Below, piece after piece: positions 1-16,007 of a DNA stretch of 64,000 nt. Source of the stretch: the human T2T-CHM13v2.0 reference genome, Homo sapiens; assembly GCF_009914755.1 (NCBI RefSeq), contig NC_060930.1; one strand, given 5' to 3'. Every line of letters begins with the position of its first letter. Position 1 is the first letter of the stretch. The notes beneath the pieces were generated by a model. It was given only the letters and a program-made list of their open reading frames with translations. It was not told the origin of the DNA and did not search any database. A program made the position numbers and the translations under genes.

Positions 1-58
1 ACTGATTTGAACAACAGCAACAAAAAGAACAAGATAAAACAAATAAAAATGTGTTTGG

Positions 59-686
<628 letters not shown>

Positions 687-724
687 TCAAGTACTTTAAA
701 AGGTTAAAAATGGAAAGCATGACA

Positions 725-1090
725 CAGTAGTTCCCCATTATCCATTTGCTTTCTATGGTTTCTATTACCCACAATCAACCATAGTCCAAAAATATTAAAT
801 GAAAATTTTGGAAATAAACAATTTATGTTTTAAATTGCATACTATTCTGAGCAGTATGATGAAATCTCATAGTGTCCCACTCCAAACCACTCCACCTCAC
901 CTGAGACATGAATCATACATTTGTCCAGCATTGCCATACTGTACATGCTACCAACTCGATAGTCACTGAGTAGCCCTCTTGGTTAGCAAATTGTAAAAAC
1001 ATAGCATATATAGGGTTCAGTACTCTCTGCAGTTTCAGGCATCCACTGGGGGTTTTAGAATGTGTCCTTGGATAAGTAGGGACTATTTAT
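725..1090. mobile_element. MER44A-like Tigger DNA transposon fossil
   Basis: Terminal inverted repeats CAGTAGTTCCCCATTATCC...GGATAAGTAGGGACTAT; internal sequence matches recalled MER44A. Confidence 0.8.
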
Positions 1091-2671
1091 TGTATGTGGC
1101 AAAATAGTTCATCCAGTTAATTTCATTCTTTTAAAGCTCTAAAATCCCACCATGTTTGTATTTTCATTGTATGCATAATACCTGGAAGGAACTACTTACT
1201 GGTGAATCACTCAAACCTTACATTAAAGAATTAAGATACAACAGAAAAGAATTCCCTAATTCATTAGTATATATAATGTAAACATTTAAAGGGGGGAAAA
1301 AAGAATGTTAAAAAGTCATTCCATACTATCATATAGAGAAAGCGGCACCTACAGAATACTATGAACATAAACATGGAAGCGATTAAGAGCTAGGATTTCT
1401 TAGAGTTTTACATACATAGATTCAAATATAGCAATGTCAGCTGTTATCAGTTATATAACTAAAAAATGACATAATCTCTCCAAGTCGTTTCTTCATCTGA
1501 AAATAGAAACAATCCATGGACTTCACATGGTTACTATAATGATAAATGAAACTACCTAACATGGTACCTGGCACTAAATATGCATTCGACAAATAATAGT
1601 TTTCATTACTATTGTTTCTTCAGTCATAAAAAGGTAATACATTTTAACTCCAAAATTCATGTTTGAGCTTCATTATCACTTGTTACCACTTCTCCAAAGA
1701 AATCATTATTGCTAAAGTTACTAATGACTTCCAAATTACCAAACACTTTTAGATATTTTCAATTCTTACTTGCCTTCCCTGCTTTTATGTCTTTAAAACC
1801 TCATTCCCTTAAGGAGTCTAAAAGAGATCCAGGAAGGGCAGGAAGTCGCAGAAACATTTAAGCATGGGCTCTCTCTCTTAACCACTTCTTCCTAGGGCAT
1901 TATCGCTTCCCCTGTCCTTCAAACTGGGCTTCTCTGAAATAATCCTCAGTCCTCTACTTCATATTGTTCCTGATAGTTTCAATCCTTTTCATGCTTTTAA
2001 CTCTACCGTACACATGATTATAAATCCCCAAATCTGTCTCTTGCTCACATATTTGCCCTAAACTCCAGGCCCATATTTCCAATGCCTATTGTACTTCTTA
2101 TCTATGCATTCAAAAACTGCTTAAAGAAGGGGAAGAAAGCAAAGGAAATAAGCATTTAAAGACCTAATACATACGGAATGCTTTACATCAGACCAGTCAA
2201 GTAAACCACCTAAATCATACCACCAAGAAAAGAGGGAGTCAGACTTCAAATACAGATCTGTTTAATGATGAGGTCCGTGCTATTTCTGCTACGTTACACT
2301 GTCTTCTTCAGCGCATCCATAGTAGGTCACAAGGCATTGGGAATACAAAAATAATTAGGACCTAAATATTTTAGATAAAATAAAATACAGGTTCATGGAT
2401 AATACTCAGGTGGATGCATAGCTAGTTTAACATATGTACTAACTGAACAAAACTTATGATCTATTACACAGTTCCTATTATCAAAGGGTCACAGTTTGGT
2501 AGAAGAGAGTAATTTTATTTAGGCAAGTAACTAAAACATATCATAATTATAAACCTATGGTCAAGATAAAACAAGTGACACATAGGAACGGGGAGTGCAG
2601 AAGAGGGGTCCAGGTAAGACTTTCTACAGGAGATAAACTATGTATAAACTAAGACTTAAAAGATGAGTACT

Positions 2672-2961
2672 GGCCAGGCACAGTGGCTCATGCCTGTAGT
2701 CCCAACACTTTGTTAGGCTGAGGCAGGCAAATCACTTGAGCCCAGGACTTTGAAATCAGCCTGGGCAACATGGTGAAAGCCATCGCTACAAAAAAAAATA
2801 CAAAAATTAGGCGTAGTGGCACATCCCTGTAGTCCCAACTACTCTGGAGGCTGAGGTGGGAGGATCACTTAAAACTGGTCAGTCAAGGCTGCAGAGAGCC
2901 AAGATCATGCAACTGCACTCCAGCCTGAGCGACTGAGCGAGACTCCTTCTAAAAAAAAAAA
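2672..2961 (+). mobile_element. Alu (AluJ-like)
   Basis: TTGAGCCCAGG and GGGAGGATCACTT J-type motifs; GAGTAC repeated on both flanks. Confidence 0.92.
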
Positions 2962-3656
2962 GAGTACCATATGTGTTGGCCTGATAAATTCTGGGTGAGA
3001 GCACATTTGAAGCAGAAGGGATAGTAAATATAAAAGAACTAGAATCATCTTGGTCCATTCCAAAATTTCTAAATAATTCAGAAGACAGAAAGAAGTGAGG
3101 CCTAACATACACACAAGGATAGACAGGATTTTGAACAGCCTTATGTGCCTTTTCTTAGAGATTTAAAAAAAAAAGGGCAGGCAATCCAAAGACATACTTA
3201 GGATCTTGAATTGACAAGATGTGGTGGTAATTCCCAGGTTTCTGGCTTGGAGAACAGATAGGGAAACTAGAAAGAAGAGTAAGGGGTCAATACTTTGGAA
3301 GTGAGTAAAGCAAAACAAAATTAAACAACGGAAAAAACACACAAAAATTATAGGTGAAATTTTGTTTTATACATTATACACAGTGCTCTACATAAATATA
3401 ATCCTTATTATTGCCCCTGTAAATATGATCACTTTCATTTTCTGATGAGGAGATTCATGTGAAAGTTTAAAAAGCCTACCTAAAATAATACCGACAGAAA
3501 AGTGCTCTTGATCCCACCTATTCTATGCTACCAAACTGCTCTCCCAAAAGGCAGTTAGAAAAATTTCAATGCAAGTAGTATAGTGTAGTAGAAAAAAGTA
3601 CCATGGAATTCAATTCAAAATAATTGAATTCAAAAGCAGTTTGGTAGGGCAGCTGG

Positions 3657-3997
<341 letters not shown>

Positions 3998-4956
3998 TAA
4001 AAAATTTCTTGAAGTAAACTCTGGTTTGACTAAAGCTTCTGCAAATATTTGCAAATGTAATTATTTTTAGAAACCAGTTTTGTCCTCATCTACCTTGCCT
4101 CAATTTCTAAAACAAATAAAAGTTAAGGAATTCAAAATACAAAAAGAGAAATGATCAAGAGGGGGCTGGCAAGCCTGTGAATTTACACCACTTTATGGGC
4201 ACTGAAACACTACTACTCATAAAAGTCATATCCTTTCAGTATTTCTGATAAATTTCAAATGGCCTACTTCGAGGCATAAGTTAAAAGGTGCTACATGAAT
4301 CTCTGGCTAACACAGTCAAGTTTTATGAACTACGTTGGAAAACAGGAGTCAAGGACGGCCTATGTTACCTAATTCGCAGCTGAACTAAAACTCTTTGAGC
4401 CAGACAGCTCTGCCTGTTACAAAAACAAAGGGCCTGTCTTCTCTGTCTCTCTCAACCCTCCACCCTCCAAAAAGAATCAGTTCCTTTTTACATAGCAATC
4501 AATGTCCACTTATCAGATTTCACGACCTGCTTCCCCAGAGTCAGTATCCCCAGGGTGGACTCAAACTTGTGACTCCAGGAAGGGGATAAGGAACATGAGC
4601 GCCCACAGGAATGGCTTCAAATCCAAGACTCGAAGGAAAGTGACACTACATAACTATCACAACTAGGAATGCAATGTCGCTGGAGGGCGTGTCCAGCAGG
4701 ACGGGAGCGTAGCGCATCGCCGGGACAGGCCATTCATTAGCTGAGGGGGGCGGTAGGGACCCTGGCCACTCGGCCCTCTCCGCGCCGCCTCGCGCGAAGC
4801 CCGGCAGCCTCGGGGCCACAGAGTCCCCTCCCCACGGTCCCCCCGCGCCGCCGTCCGCAGCCACCCGCACCCTCCAGAAGGCGAATACTCTCCCCCTGCC
4901 CCCGGGCTGAAGGGAAGCCGCACCGCACGGTCGGGCAGCGCCAAGCCCTCCCTCAC

Positions 4957-5002
4957 CAGTCGCTAGATGAAACTGCGCCGGTGGATTCCGCAGGGTCCAC
5001 AT
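4957..5002 (-). CDS. uORF2 start (MWTLRNPPAQFHLAT...), continues across the splice junction
   Basis: ATG at 5002, different frame from uORF1, no stop before the donor. Confidence 0.5.
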
Positions 5003-5022
5003 AGAGCCACAAAGGGACTCAT
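4963..5022 (-). CDS. uORF1, 19 aa (MSPFVALCGPCGIHRRSFI)
   Basis: ATG at 5022 in AGGATGA context (A at -3); TAG at 4965-4963, 6 nt before the exon end. Confidence 0.55.
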   Translation of the reverse strand: MSPFVALCGPCGIHRRSFI

Positions 5023-6305
5023 CCTCAGTGAAGGCAATAAGAGAAACCGAACGGCGCCAGAGGGGCCAGTCCCCAGACCCGGGTCAGTTCGGCAGGCGGC
5101 TGCAATACAGCCGCTACTACAGGAATCGGGAACGGGGATGTAGAGGAAGGGCCCGAGCGGGCGGTTCCCAGTAATAAGGCGGGCGCTGGTTGGCTGGGGC
5201 TCCTGTATGTCTCTTGATGATTGGCTGGTGCCTGCCCAGAAGGTTTCGCGTGGCAGCACCTCTGCCATGGCCTTTTCCCTGGCGCCCCAAAGGAACTTGA
5301 CCTCGCCGGCCTTGGGGCCGCTGACTCAGGCCAGGGGCGGGGAAAAGAAAAAGGCCGCAGCGGGGAACTCTAGGCCAACAACGGTGATGGGAGTGTCCCT
5401 TTCAGGCCAGCCATCTCGTAGTTAGAAACGTCTCTCTAGGTAGCTGGAGACTCGCGGGGGAGGCTAAACCCGAGTGGAGAAGGAGACCTGGCAGGATGCC
5501 TTGGACACCCGGTCGCTACGCAGCAGAAGCCAAGTGCATAGGCGTCCTGCACAGAAGAGTTTCCTCCCATGGCCTTAGCAGTGGGGTTACTGCAAAGCCA
5601 AAGGTGTAGTCTCCGTAAACCCAGCCTCACCCCTCTCTGGATCTCCATACACCCGGATTATCTGGCAGTCACTCCCTTGGTCAGAAGGCGTCACTGCCCT
5701 CTTAGATCACCACCGTAGGACTAGCTGCCGACCCGGGTCACGCCACTCACTGCCTGACACCAGGCTTACACTAGGCTTTTTCCACTTGAACTCTGAATCT
5801 AAAGGCCATTTAGAAAGTGGTCAAGTGAAAAATGCTAGGAGGGACAGTAGCCAATAATCAATACTAGGTTACTGAATGGGAAACACACTGCTGCTGAATG
5901 CCTAATACGGTAAGCACTCAGTAAATGATTGTTCAAGGAGGTGTAGTGTGACTCAAAACAAACGACACTAAGAATCATGAGTTGGCTGTACAGCTCTGCC
6001 ACGTTGAGTTTTACAAGCCACTGAGTCGACCTCATCTAATCTCTAAAAGAAAGGAGTTGCGCATGTCTTAATGCCCACTGAGCTCTGCTTGCTCTCTTTT
6101 GAAGCCTTTTTTGTGGGAGGGTAGGTTACTAGCCCAAAGCCACACAGCTGCTTAGCGAAAGAGAAAGGGAGACTAGGACCCAGCCCTCCTACTGCCCTTC
6201 CCAGCACATAATTGTTTCTTTGCTCTTTATTCTTAATGTCCTTCTACAAAACAAAAACCAGTTTGTAATGTCAAAATTGAGTGGTTTTGAAAATAAGCTT
6301 AAGTT

Positions 6306-6618
<313 letters not shown>

Positions 6619-6734
6619 TTAAGTTGTATCTCCAGATATTTAAAAAAAGAAGCTACATATAATGACTTTCATATTCATGAACAAAGAAGCCAATAATGGC
6701 AAATAAAGCTGCTAGTGTAAATAAATGCATTGAC

Positions 6735-6925
6735 CTGAGTTCGTAACTTCTCTCTCTTGTATCTGGGCAAGTTAATTCACTTTTCTGAAGCCTCAGTTTC
6801 CTCATTTGCAAAATGGGAGAAATAATGTATTTTGGGGTTGTGAAAATGTAATGATAGAGATATATAGCACTTAGCAGAGAGCCTTAGTCACACACAATAA
6901 TACTTCATAAATAGTGCTAATGAAT
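6735..6925 (+). mobile_element. MIR
   Basis: Core GGGCAAGTTAATTCACTTTTCTGAAGCCTCAGTTTCCTCATTTGCAAAATGGG. Confidence 0.75.
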
Positions 6926-6983
6926 AAAGTATTTCCTTAGTGGCTGAATTAGTCCAAGCAGGCATTCATTAATTTAAAAGTTA

Positions 6984-7308
<325 letters not shown>

Positions 7309-8008
7309 TAAAAGTTAAAATTACCAGGTCTCGGACAATTTGTGGTAAGCATTGGGGATCCAACAGTGAACAAAAATACATGTAGACCCAGATATTCCCA
7401 AGCATAATAAATTGCAACGTTTATAAGTATTAATCTGATAGATTTATCTGACTTCCAAAAGATGTGACACATGAACTAAAGACTGAGCAGAAGATAACTC
7501 AGATAACTAGATAACGAGGAGATAAGTAGATGAAGCAGGAAAGAAATAACATTCCAGTCAAAGGAATGTAGAATTGCTCCCCTTTTCCCAGGAAAGTTAG
7601 ATGCTTTCAAAAGTACTTACTGGTTATTTGCAAGACAAAATATTAAAATAATTAGGAAATAGTACAAATGAAATACAATTAAATGAAAAATATATTGTAG
7701 ATGTGGTTAAGGGAGGAAGAAATCAAAATGAGCCATTTTGTTTGATTTTTAAAAAAATTTTGTGTTTACACATGAAAGAATAGGTCAAAATATATCTACA
7801 ATGATTGTTTCTATGGTGGGATTATGGGTGATTCTTAATTTCTATCATTTTGACTTTTGTAATTTTCATTGCAATAATTTAAATATTACTTGAATGATTA
7901 AAAAAATCAAAGTTTGGAAAAATAATTGACTAGAGTTTCTAAAGTAGTTTTATTTTTTAAAGTAAAAAATAAAAAAACCAGAGATGACTTTAAAAGATTG
8001 CAGTGATG

Positions 8009-8382
<374 letters not shown>

Positions 8383-9204
8383 CTAAGCCACATGGCATCT
8401 ATAATAAACTCCCTAAATACCATTTTTCCAAAATAAATTGGTAGTACTATCCTTTATAATTAAAAGTACTGACATCATTATGTGTATTTTGCTGTCTTTC
8501 AAGTTGTATAGGAGTAGGAAATGACAGTGCTGGTGGCAGAAGAGAAAACACTAGAATTTGATTAGAAACCCAAACCTGATTAGGTTCTACAAGAATGATT
8601 TTTAGAGGAAGATCAATAGTGCAGCTGGCCTAGAGATGACTGGAACCTTATTGTTTAGCCTCATTCTCTTCTACTCCACACCATCTTCTACAGGACATCA
8701 CTGGTTGACTACAACTTTCTGGCACACAAATTAAGTACCTCACATAAATCACATATCTCACCTCAGGTTTGCCATTAGGGAAGATAGCACTGAGCCTATT
8801 ATCTCAAGCACAAAAGTTCTAGGCACCTGACGGACTCATGTCGGCTTGGATTAGGTGAGGAATCAAGGATAACATGATTGACATCCTCTATTAGAGTCAT
8901 GGTTAAAGCAGAGTGAAGAGTAGTTCCCCAAAAGAAAGCAGGGTGAGGCAGACAAAACAATAGGCCACATAGGGTGTTTGTGTTCTTCTGGATTCAGGTG
9001 TATGGTCCCAGCTGCGTTCTTCCTATAGAATCATTATCTTTCCAATCCTTACTTACAGAGGGTCACCTCCCCACATATCTGTGAAGACTTTCCGGATGGC
9101 CTTTCCTAGCAATTATTCCCTTTATACTGCTTCTATCACTTAGTCATATAATGTATCACACTGTTTTATTTTTAGATTTGTTAGTTTTACTCCTGGAGAC
9201 AAGG

Positions 9205-9440
9205 ATTCTAGAGGCAAGGTGCCCAGATATAAAGTTTTACTCCTATGCTTACTATCTGTGAGATGTCAGGCAAGTTACATAAACCCTCTAAGCCTAGTTT
9301 CCTCATCTCTGAAATAGGGTTAATAGTATTGCTTTCATAAAGTTCTTAAGAAGTTTAAATGAGATTTTATATATATATATAATATAATGTATATATTATA
9401 TATATGAAGCTCTTAGTACAACTCTTAGCAACTTAATTGA
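9205..9440 (+). mobile_element. MIR with internal (TA)n tract
   Basis: GGCAAGTTACATAAACCCTCTAAGCCTAGTTTCCTCATCTCTGAAATAGGG core. Confidence 0.7.
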
Positions 9441-9949
9441 CATAACCTGAAATGAACTGCCTGGATGAATCTGTTTCCACCAAATTAAAGGGTGGGATGG
9501 GGAAACAAAGAATAACCCACAAGGTGGCAGTATTTGAATGTAACTTTAGAATCTTATGTTTAAAAGCATAGTCCACCAAAAAAATCTGAAATTCAAGGCA
9601 AATACTGGAGAAATTCAAGGTAAATTCAAAGCCTAGATGAAATAAGCAGAACTTTGAGATAAATCAAACTTATAAACTTAACAGGCTTAGTATTCTATTA
9701 CAATCAGAACACTGAACTCCTAAAAGTCTTCCCTTTACGATGACTGAAAAATGTATCATTTGCCTTTCTCAGCCCATCTTACTGAGAATTGCTCCTATTC
9801 CTTTTCTACTTAGCTAAATAATTAAATCTGTGTTGTCACTATTAGAAAGAGAGAGAGAGAAGAAAGAAAAAGAGTGAGTTTGATACATAGTGGTTGGAGC
9901 CTTCTCTTCATGCCATAAATCCCTAGGACTGATAGAAAAGACATACTTA

Positions 9950-10252
9950 GGCCGGGTGTGGGGGCTCACACCTGTAATCCTAGCATTTTGGGAGGCCAAG
10001 GCAGGCAGATCACCTAAGGTCAGGAGTTTGAGACCAGCCTGGCCAACATGGTACAACCCCATCTCTATTAAAAATACAAAAATTAGCCGGGCATGGTGGC
10101 AGACACCTATAATCCCAGCTACTCGGGAGGTTGAGGCAGGAGAATCACTTCAACCAGGGAGATGGAGGTTGCAATGAGCCAAGATCACACCACTGTACTG
10201 CAGCCTGGGCGACAAGAGCAAAACTCTGTCTCAAAAAAAAAAAAAAGAAAAG
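9950..10252 (+). mobile_element. AluSx-like
   Basis: Full dimer; ACATACTTA repeated on both flanks. Confidence 0.95.
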
Positions 10253-10381
10253 AAAACATACTTAACATACTTAAACTTATCAGTGCATTGGAAAACAAGA
10301 ACCTTGGCCATTGAAGGTCCAGAACTTATGAAGAGTCCTTGAAAAGTGGATAAGAGGCTAGATTGGGAAAAAGTAACAGCC

Positions 10382-11257
<876 letters not shown>

Positions 11258-11428
11258 TGTCAGAGGTATTTGAACCATAGTGACTCCATCTTGAATAGGG
11301 GCTGGGTAAAATGAGGCTGAGATCTGTTGGGCTGCATCCCCAGAAGGTTAGGCAAGAATAGTCACAGGATGAGATAGGAGACTGGCACAAGATACAGGAA
11401 GAACCTGCTGATAAAACAGGATGCAGAG
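11258..11428 (+). mobile_element. MER41 LTR, 5' fragment only
   Basis: TGTCAGAGGTATTTGAACCATAGTGACTCCATCTTGAATAGGGGCTGGGTAAAATGAGGCTGAG matches the recalled MER41 5' end. Confidence 0.85.
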
Positions 11429-11915
11429 TCGGGGAAAAGCGGCTCACGCTTGTAATCCCAGGGATGGGAGGCCGAGGCAGGCAGATCACCTGAGGTCAGG
11501 AGGTCGAGACCATCCCAGCCAACATGGTGAAACCCCGTTGCTACTAAAAATACAAAAAAATTAGCCTGGCATGGTGGCAGGTGCCTGTAATTCAGCTACT
11601 CAGGAGGCACAGGCCCACGGAGGTTGTAGTGAGCCAAGATTGTGCCATGGCACTCCATCTCAAAAAAATAAAATAAAATGAAACAAAATACAAAAAATTA
11701 GCTGGGTGTGGTGGTGCACTCCATCTCAAAAAATAAAATAAAACAAAATACAAAAAATTAGCTGGGTGTGGCGACACACTCCTATAATCCCAGCTACTCA
11801 GGAGGCTGAAGCATGAGAATTGCTTGAGCCTGGGAGGTGGAGGTTGCAGTGAGCCAAGATCACACTCCAGCCTGGACAACAGAGCAAGACTCCGTCTCAA
11901 AAAAAGAATAGAAAA
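11429..11915 (+). mobile_element. Rearranged/chimeric Alu with ~60-bp tandem duplication
   Basis: Degraded 5' end, deleted right arm, duplicated tail-linker unit (11650-11711 / 11716-11771), then a complete right arm. Confidence 0.85.
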
Positions 11916-12006
11916 GAAATGCATGGAAAAAGATATAAGCACAATAAAGCTGGAGTGGCTATTATAATAGCAGAAAAGCAGATTTGAGACAAAAATTGTT
12001 GCCAGT

Positions 12007-12347
<341 letters not shown>

Positions 12348-12403
12348 AAAAATTGTTGCCAGAGATAGAGGGCTATTTGATAATAATAAAAGGGTCAGTT
12401 CTC

Positions 12404-12705
12404 AGCAGGGTGCAGTGGCTCATGCCTATAATCCCAGCACTTTGGGAAGCTGAGGCAGGCAGATCACAAGGTCAGGAGATTGAGACCATCCTGGCCAACA
12501 TGGTGAAACCCTGTCTCTACTAAAAATACAAAAATTAGCTGGGCGTGGTAGCACGTGCCTGTAGTCTCAGCTACTCGGGAAGCTGAGGCAAGAGAATCGC
12601 TTGAACCCAGGAAGCGGAGTTGCAGTAAACCGAGATGGTGCCACTGCACTCCAGCCTGGGTGGCAGAGCCAGACTCTGTCTCAAAAAAAAAAAAAAAAAA
12701 AAAAG
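12404..12705 (+). mobile_element. AluSc-like
   Basis: Full dimer; AAGGGTCA(G/A)TTCT on both flanks. Confidence 0.94.
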
Positions 12706-12999
12706 AAGGGTCAATTCTTCAGAAGAAATAATGTGTATGCAGTTTTGCTACAGATGTAGTAAAAGAAAAAAAAAAGAATAATTTGTATATACCTAATCAT
12801 AAAGATTCACATTCCTGATAACAGAACTTCCAAATACATGAAGTGAAAATCAACTGAGCTAAAAGGAGAAATAGACAATTTCATGATCTCAGCAGGAGAT
12901 TTTAACACTCTGCTCTCAGCAATAGATAGAACAGTTAAACAAAAAAAAATCAAGAAATTCATAGGTGTTTTGAACAATACTATAAACCACCTTGACTTC

Positions 13000-13556
13000 T
13001 GTGATGGTTAATGTTATGTGTCAACTTGACTAGGCCACAGAGTGTCCAGACATTTGGTCAAATGTTATTCTGTGTGTGTCTGTGCGGGTATTTCTGGGTT
13101 CAAGTAACATTTGCATTGGTAGGCTGAGTAAAATAGACTGCCTTCTTTAATGTGAATGAGCCCCATCCAATCAGTAGAAGACCTGAATAGAACAAAAGGG
13201 AACTCCTCCTTCTTGATTGCTTTAGAGCTGGGACATCAGGTTTTTTCCTGCTTTCAGGCTTAGACTTAAACATGGGCTTTTCTTGGGTCTTGAGCCTGCT
13301 GGCTTTCATTCTGATACTACAACATCAGCTCTTCTACTTCTTGGGCCTTTGGACCAGGACTGGAACTATGCCATTTGCTCTCCTAGATCTCCAGCCTGCT
13401 GACTGCAGAGCTCAGACTTATCAGCCTCCACAATTACATGTGCCAATTATTTATAATAAACCTCTCGCTCTCTCTTTCTCTCTCTCTCTCTCCCTCCCTC
13501 TCTCTCATCTACACATCCTACTGGTTCTGTTTCTCTGGTGATCTCTGACTGATACA
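13000..13556 (+). mobile_element. MLT2 (ERVL) solo LTR
   Basis: TGTGATGGTTAATGTTATGTGTCAACTTGAC...CTGACTGATACA; 5-bp TSD ACTTC/ACCTC. Confidence 0.88.
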
Positions 13557-14184
13557 ACCTCATTGATGTTTATAAAGCACCACATCCAACAACTCCAGAA
13601 TACATTTTGTTTTCAAGTGCATGTGGTATGTTCAGCAAGATAGACCATATAGTGGATCTTAAAATGTCTTAATAAATTTTTAAAAATTGCAATCATACAG
13701 AGTATGTTCTCTGATCACAATGGAACTACATTAGAGATCAATAAAACTAAGATCTAGGGAAACTTCAAATATGTATAAATAAACAAGATATTTAAAATAA
13801 TCCATTGGTCAAAGAAGAAATCACATAGGAAGTTAGATAGTATTTCACACTGAATGAATAAAAATACAACATATCAAAATTTGTATGATGCATCCAAAGC
13901 AATGCCTATTCAGAAATATATAGCTTTAAATGCTTATGTTGGTGAAGAAGAGATGTCTAAAAATCAATGACCAAAAGTTCCACATAAATAAGCTAGGGAA
14001 AAAAAGAGCAAAGTAAATCCCAAAGTAAGTGGGAGGAAATAAAGATAACAACAGAAATCAATTAACTAAAATATAGGAAAGTAATAGAAAAAATTAGCAA
14101 AGCTGAAAATTGTTCTTTGAAAAGATCAGCAAAATTGATAAACTCCTTGCTAGAATTAGTTATTTAAAAAAAAAAAAAAAAAAA

Positions 14185-14539
<355 letters not shown>

Positions 14540-15086
14540 TCAAGAATTTCAAGAGTCTGAGATTGTACCCTCCTGTTAAAGCTAACAAGTTAATCTGCCA
14601 GAGTTTCACGGAATCTGGCCTGCTAAATGAGATTCCTAAGCCAGAGACTAGCACTTTACCACTCACAGCCAGCAAGCAGCATGAGCTTCACATTTGCATT
14701 AGTTCTTTTAGACCCTCAAGTCCTATGAGAAAGACACAGAGTGGCCCAGGTAGGTGTTATAGGTGTTATAAATGTAGTGGGTTGGCATCTCAGTTAAGGA
14801 AACCCAGGCTTAGTAACTTAATCCTTTATAGTAGACTGCAAGAAAACCTGCCTGACTTTTACCCCTGAGGTAGAAATTATCTTTATTGTACCAGAGAGTT
14901 AAAATAAAAAAAAATAAAAAAAAATAAAAACCTGTCCCTGCTCTAGAGGGCTCCACTGTCACTATTTACCAAGTGATTTGCAATACAAACATCTTTAAAA
15001 GATAACTCAGAACAAAGGCTGTCAGTGCCTCTACTCACAGGACCTGCAGAAACATGAAGGAACCCACAGGAAATTTGTTCCCAACA
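14540..15086 (-). mobile_element. ERVL-class LTR (LTR47-like)
   Basis: Minus strand begins TGTTGGGAACAAATTTCC...GAGGCACTGACAGCCTTTGTTCTG; subfamily recalled. Confidence 0.55.
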
Positions 15087-15407
15087 AGAGCACCAATTGC
15101 CAATATCAGGAATGAAAAAGTAGTTATCACCACAGATACCACAGACATTAGAACAAAAAATAAAATAAAATAAAGTAAGAGAACATTGTGAACAACATTA
15201 GGTTAAAAAAAAGTTGCCTTTGAGAAGTTGAGGGTAGGGATTGACTGAAAAGGAGAATGAGGAAACTCTCTGAGGTTGTAGAAATATTCCATATCTTGAT
15301 GGAGGTGTAGGTTACATAGGGTACATGCATTTATCGTAACTCCACAAATATACAGTTAAAATTTGTGCATTTCGTTGTTGCAAATTTTACCTCAAAAAGA
15401 AAAAATG

Positions 15408-15821
<414 letters not shown>

Positions 15822-16007
15822 TTACTCTGAAATGCATAAAGGGATGAACAAATGGGTAGATATGTGATAAGGCAAATATATTTAAAATGTTAATGGTTTA
15901 ATCTCGATAAACATATTTGTTCACAATAATATTCTTCTAAGTTTGTTGTATGCTTCAAAATTTCTAAATAAAAAAATGGAAAGAAAAAGAGACTTAAATA
16001 TCATGTA

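Larger units (their letters stand above)
4957..5170 (-). other. IBTK: Non-coding first exon (5' leader), tentatively IBTK exon 1; intron 1 runs 4956 to beyond position 1
   Basis: Donor CTG|GTGAGG (plus CCTCAC 4951-4956) followed by G-rich intron start; leader resembles recalled IBTK mRNA; TSS position approximate. Confidence 0.6.
4650..5750. promoter_or_regulatory. IBTK: CpG-island promoter of a minus-strand gene (tentatively IBTK)
   Basis: The only non-repeat GC/CpG-rich stretch in the window; GC boxes (~5159, ~5177, 5334-5343), CCAAT on minus (ATTGG 5220-5224), TGACTCA 5322-5328. The island is clear; gene identity is from memory only. Confidence 0.75.

Noticed and set aside
3606-3631. Hairpin GAATTCAATT-6nt-AATTGAATTC
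   Set aside because: Real but short, AT-rich and within a probable MIR remnant; compatible with chance.
5220-5253. ER stress element (ERSE) from ATTGG and CGTGG
   Set aside because: Order and spacing (ATTGG-N24-CGTGG) match neither CCAAT-N9-CCACG nor ATTGG-N-CCACG.
4646-5425. Several overlapping 63-118 aa ORFs in the CpG island as genes
   Set aside because: GC-rich DNA lacks stops; no recognisable protein. Only the exon-contained uORF portions are kept.
11258-11428. MER41 as an interferon-gamma/STAT1 enhancer
   Set aside because: Only the 5' ~170 bp survives and I see no TTCNNNGAA in it.
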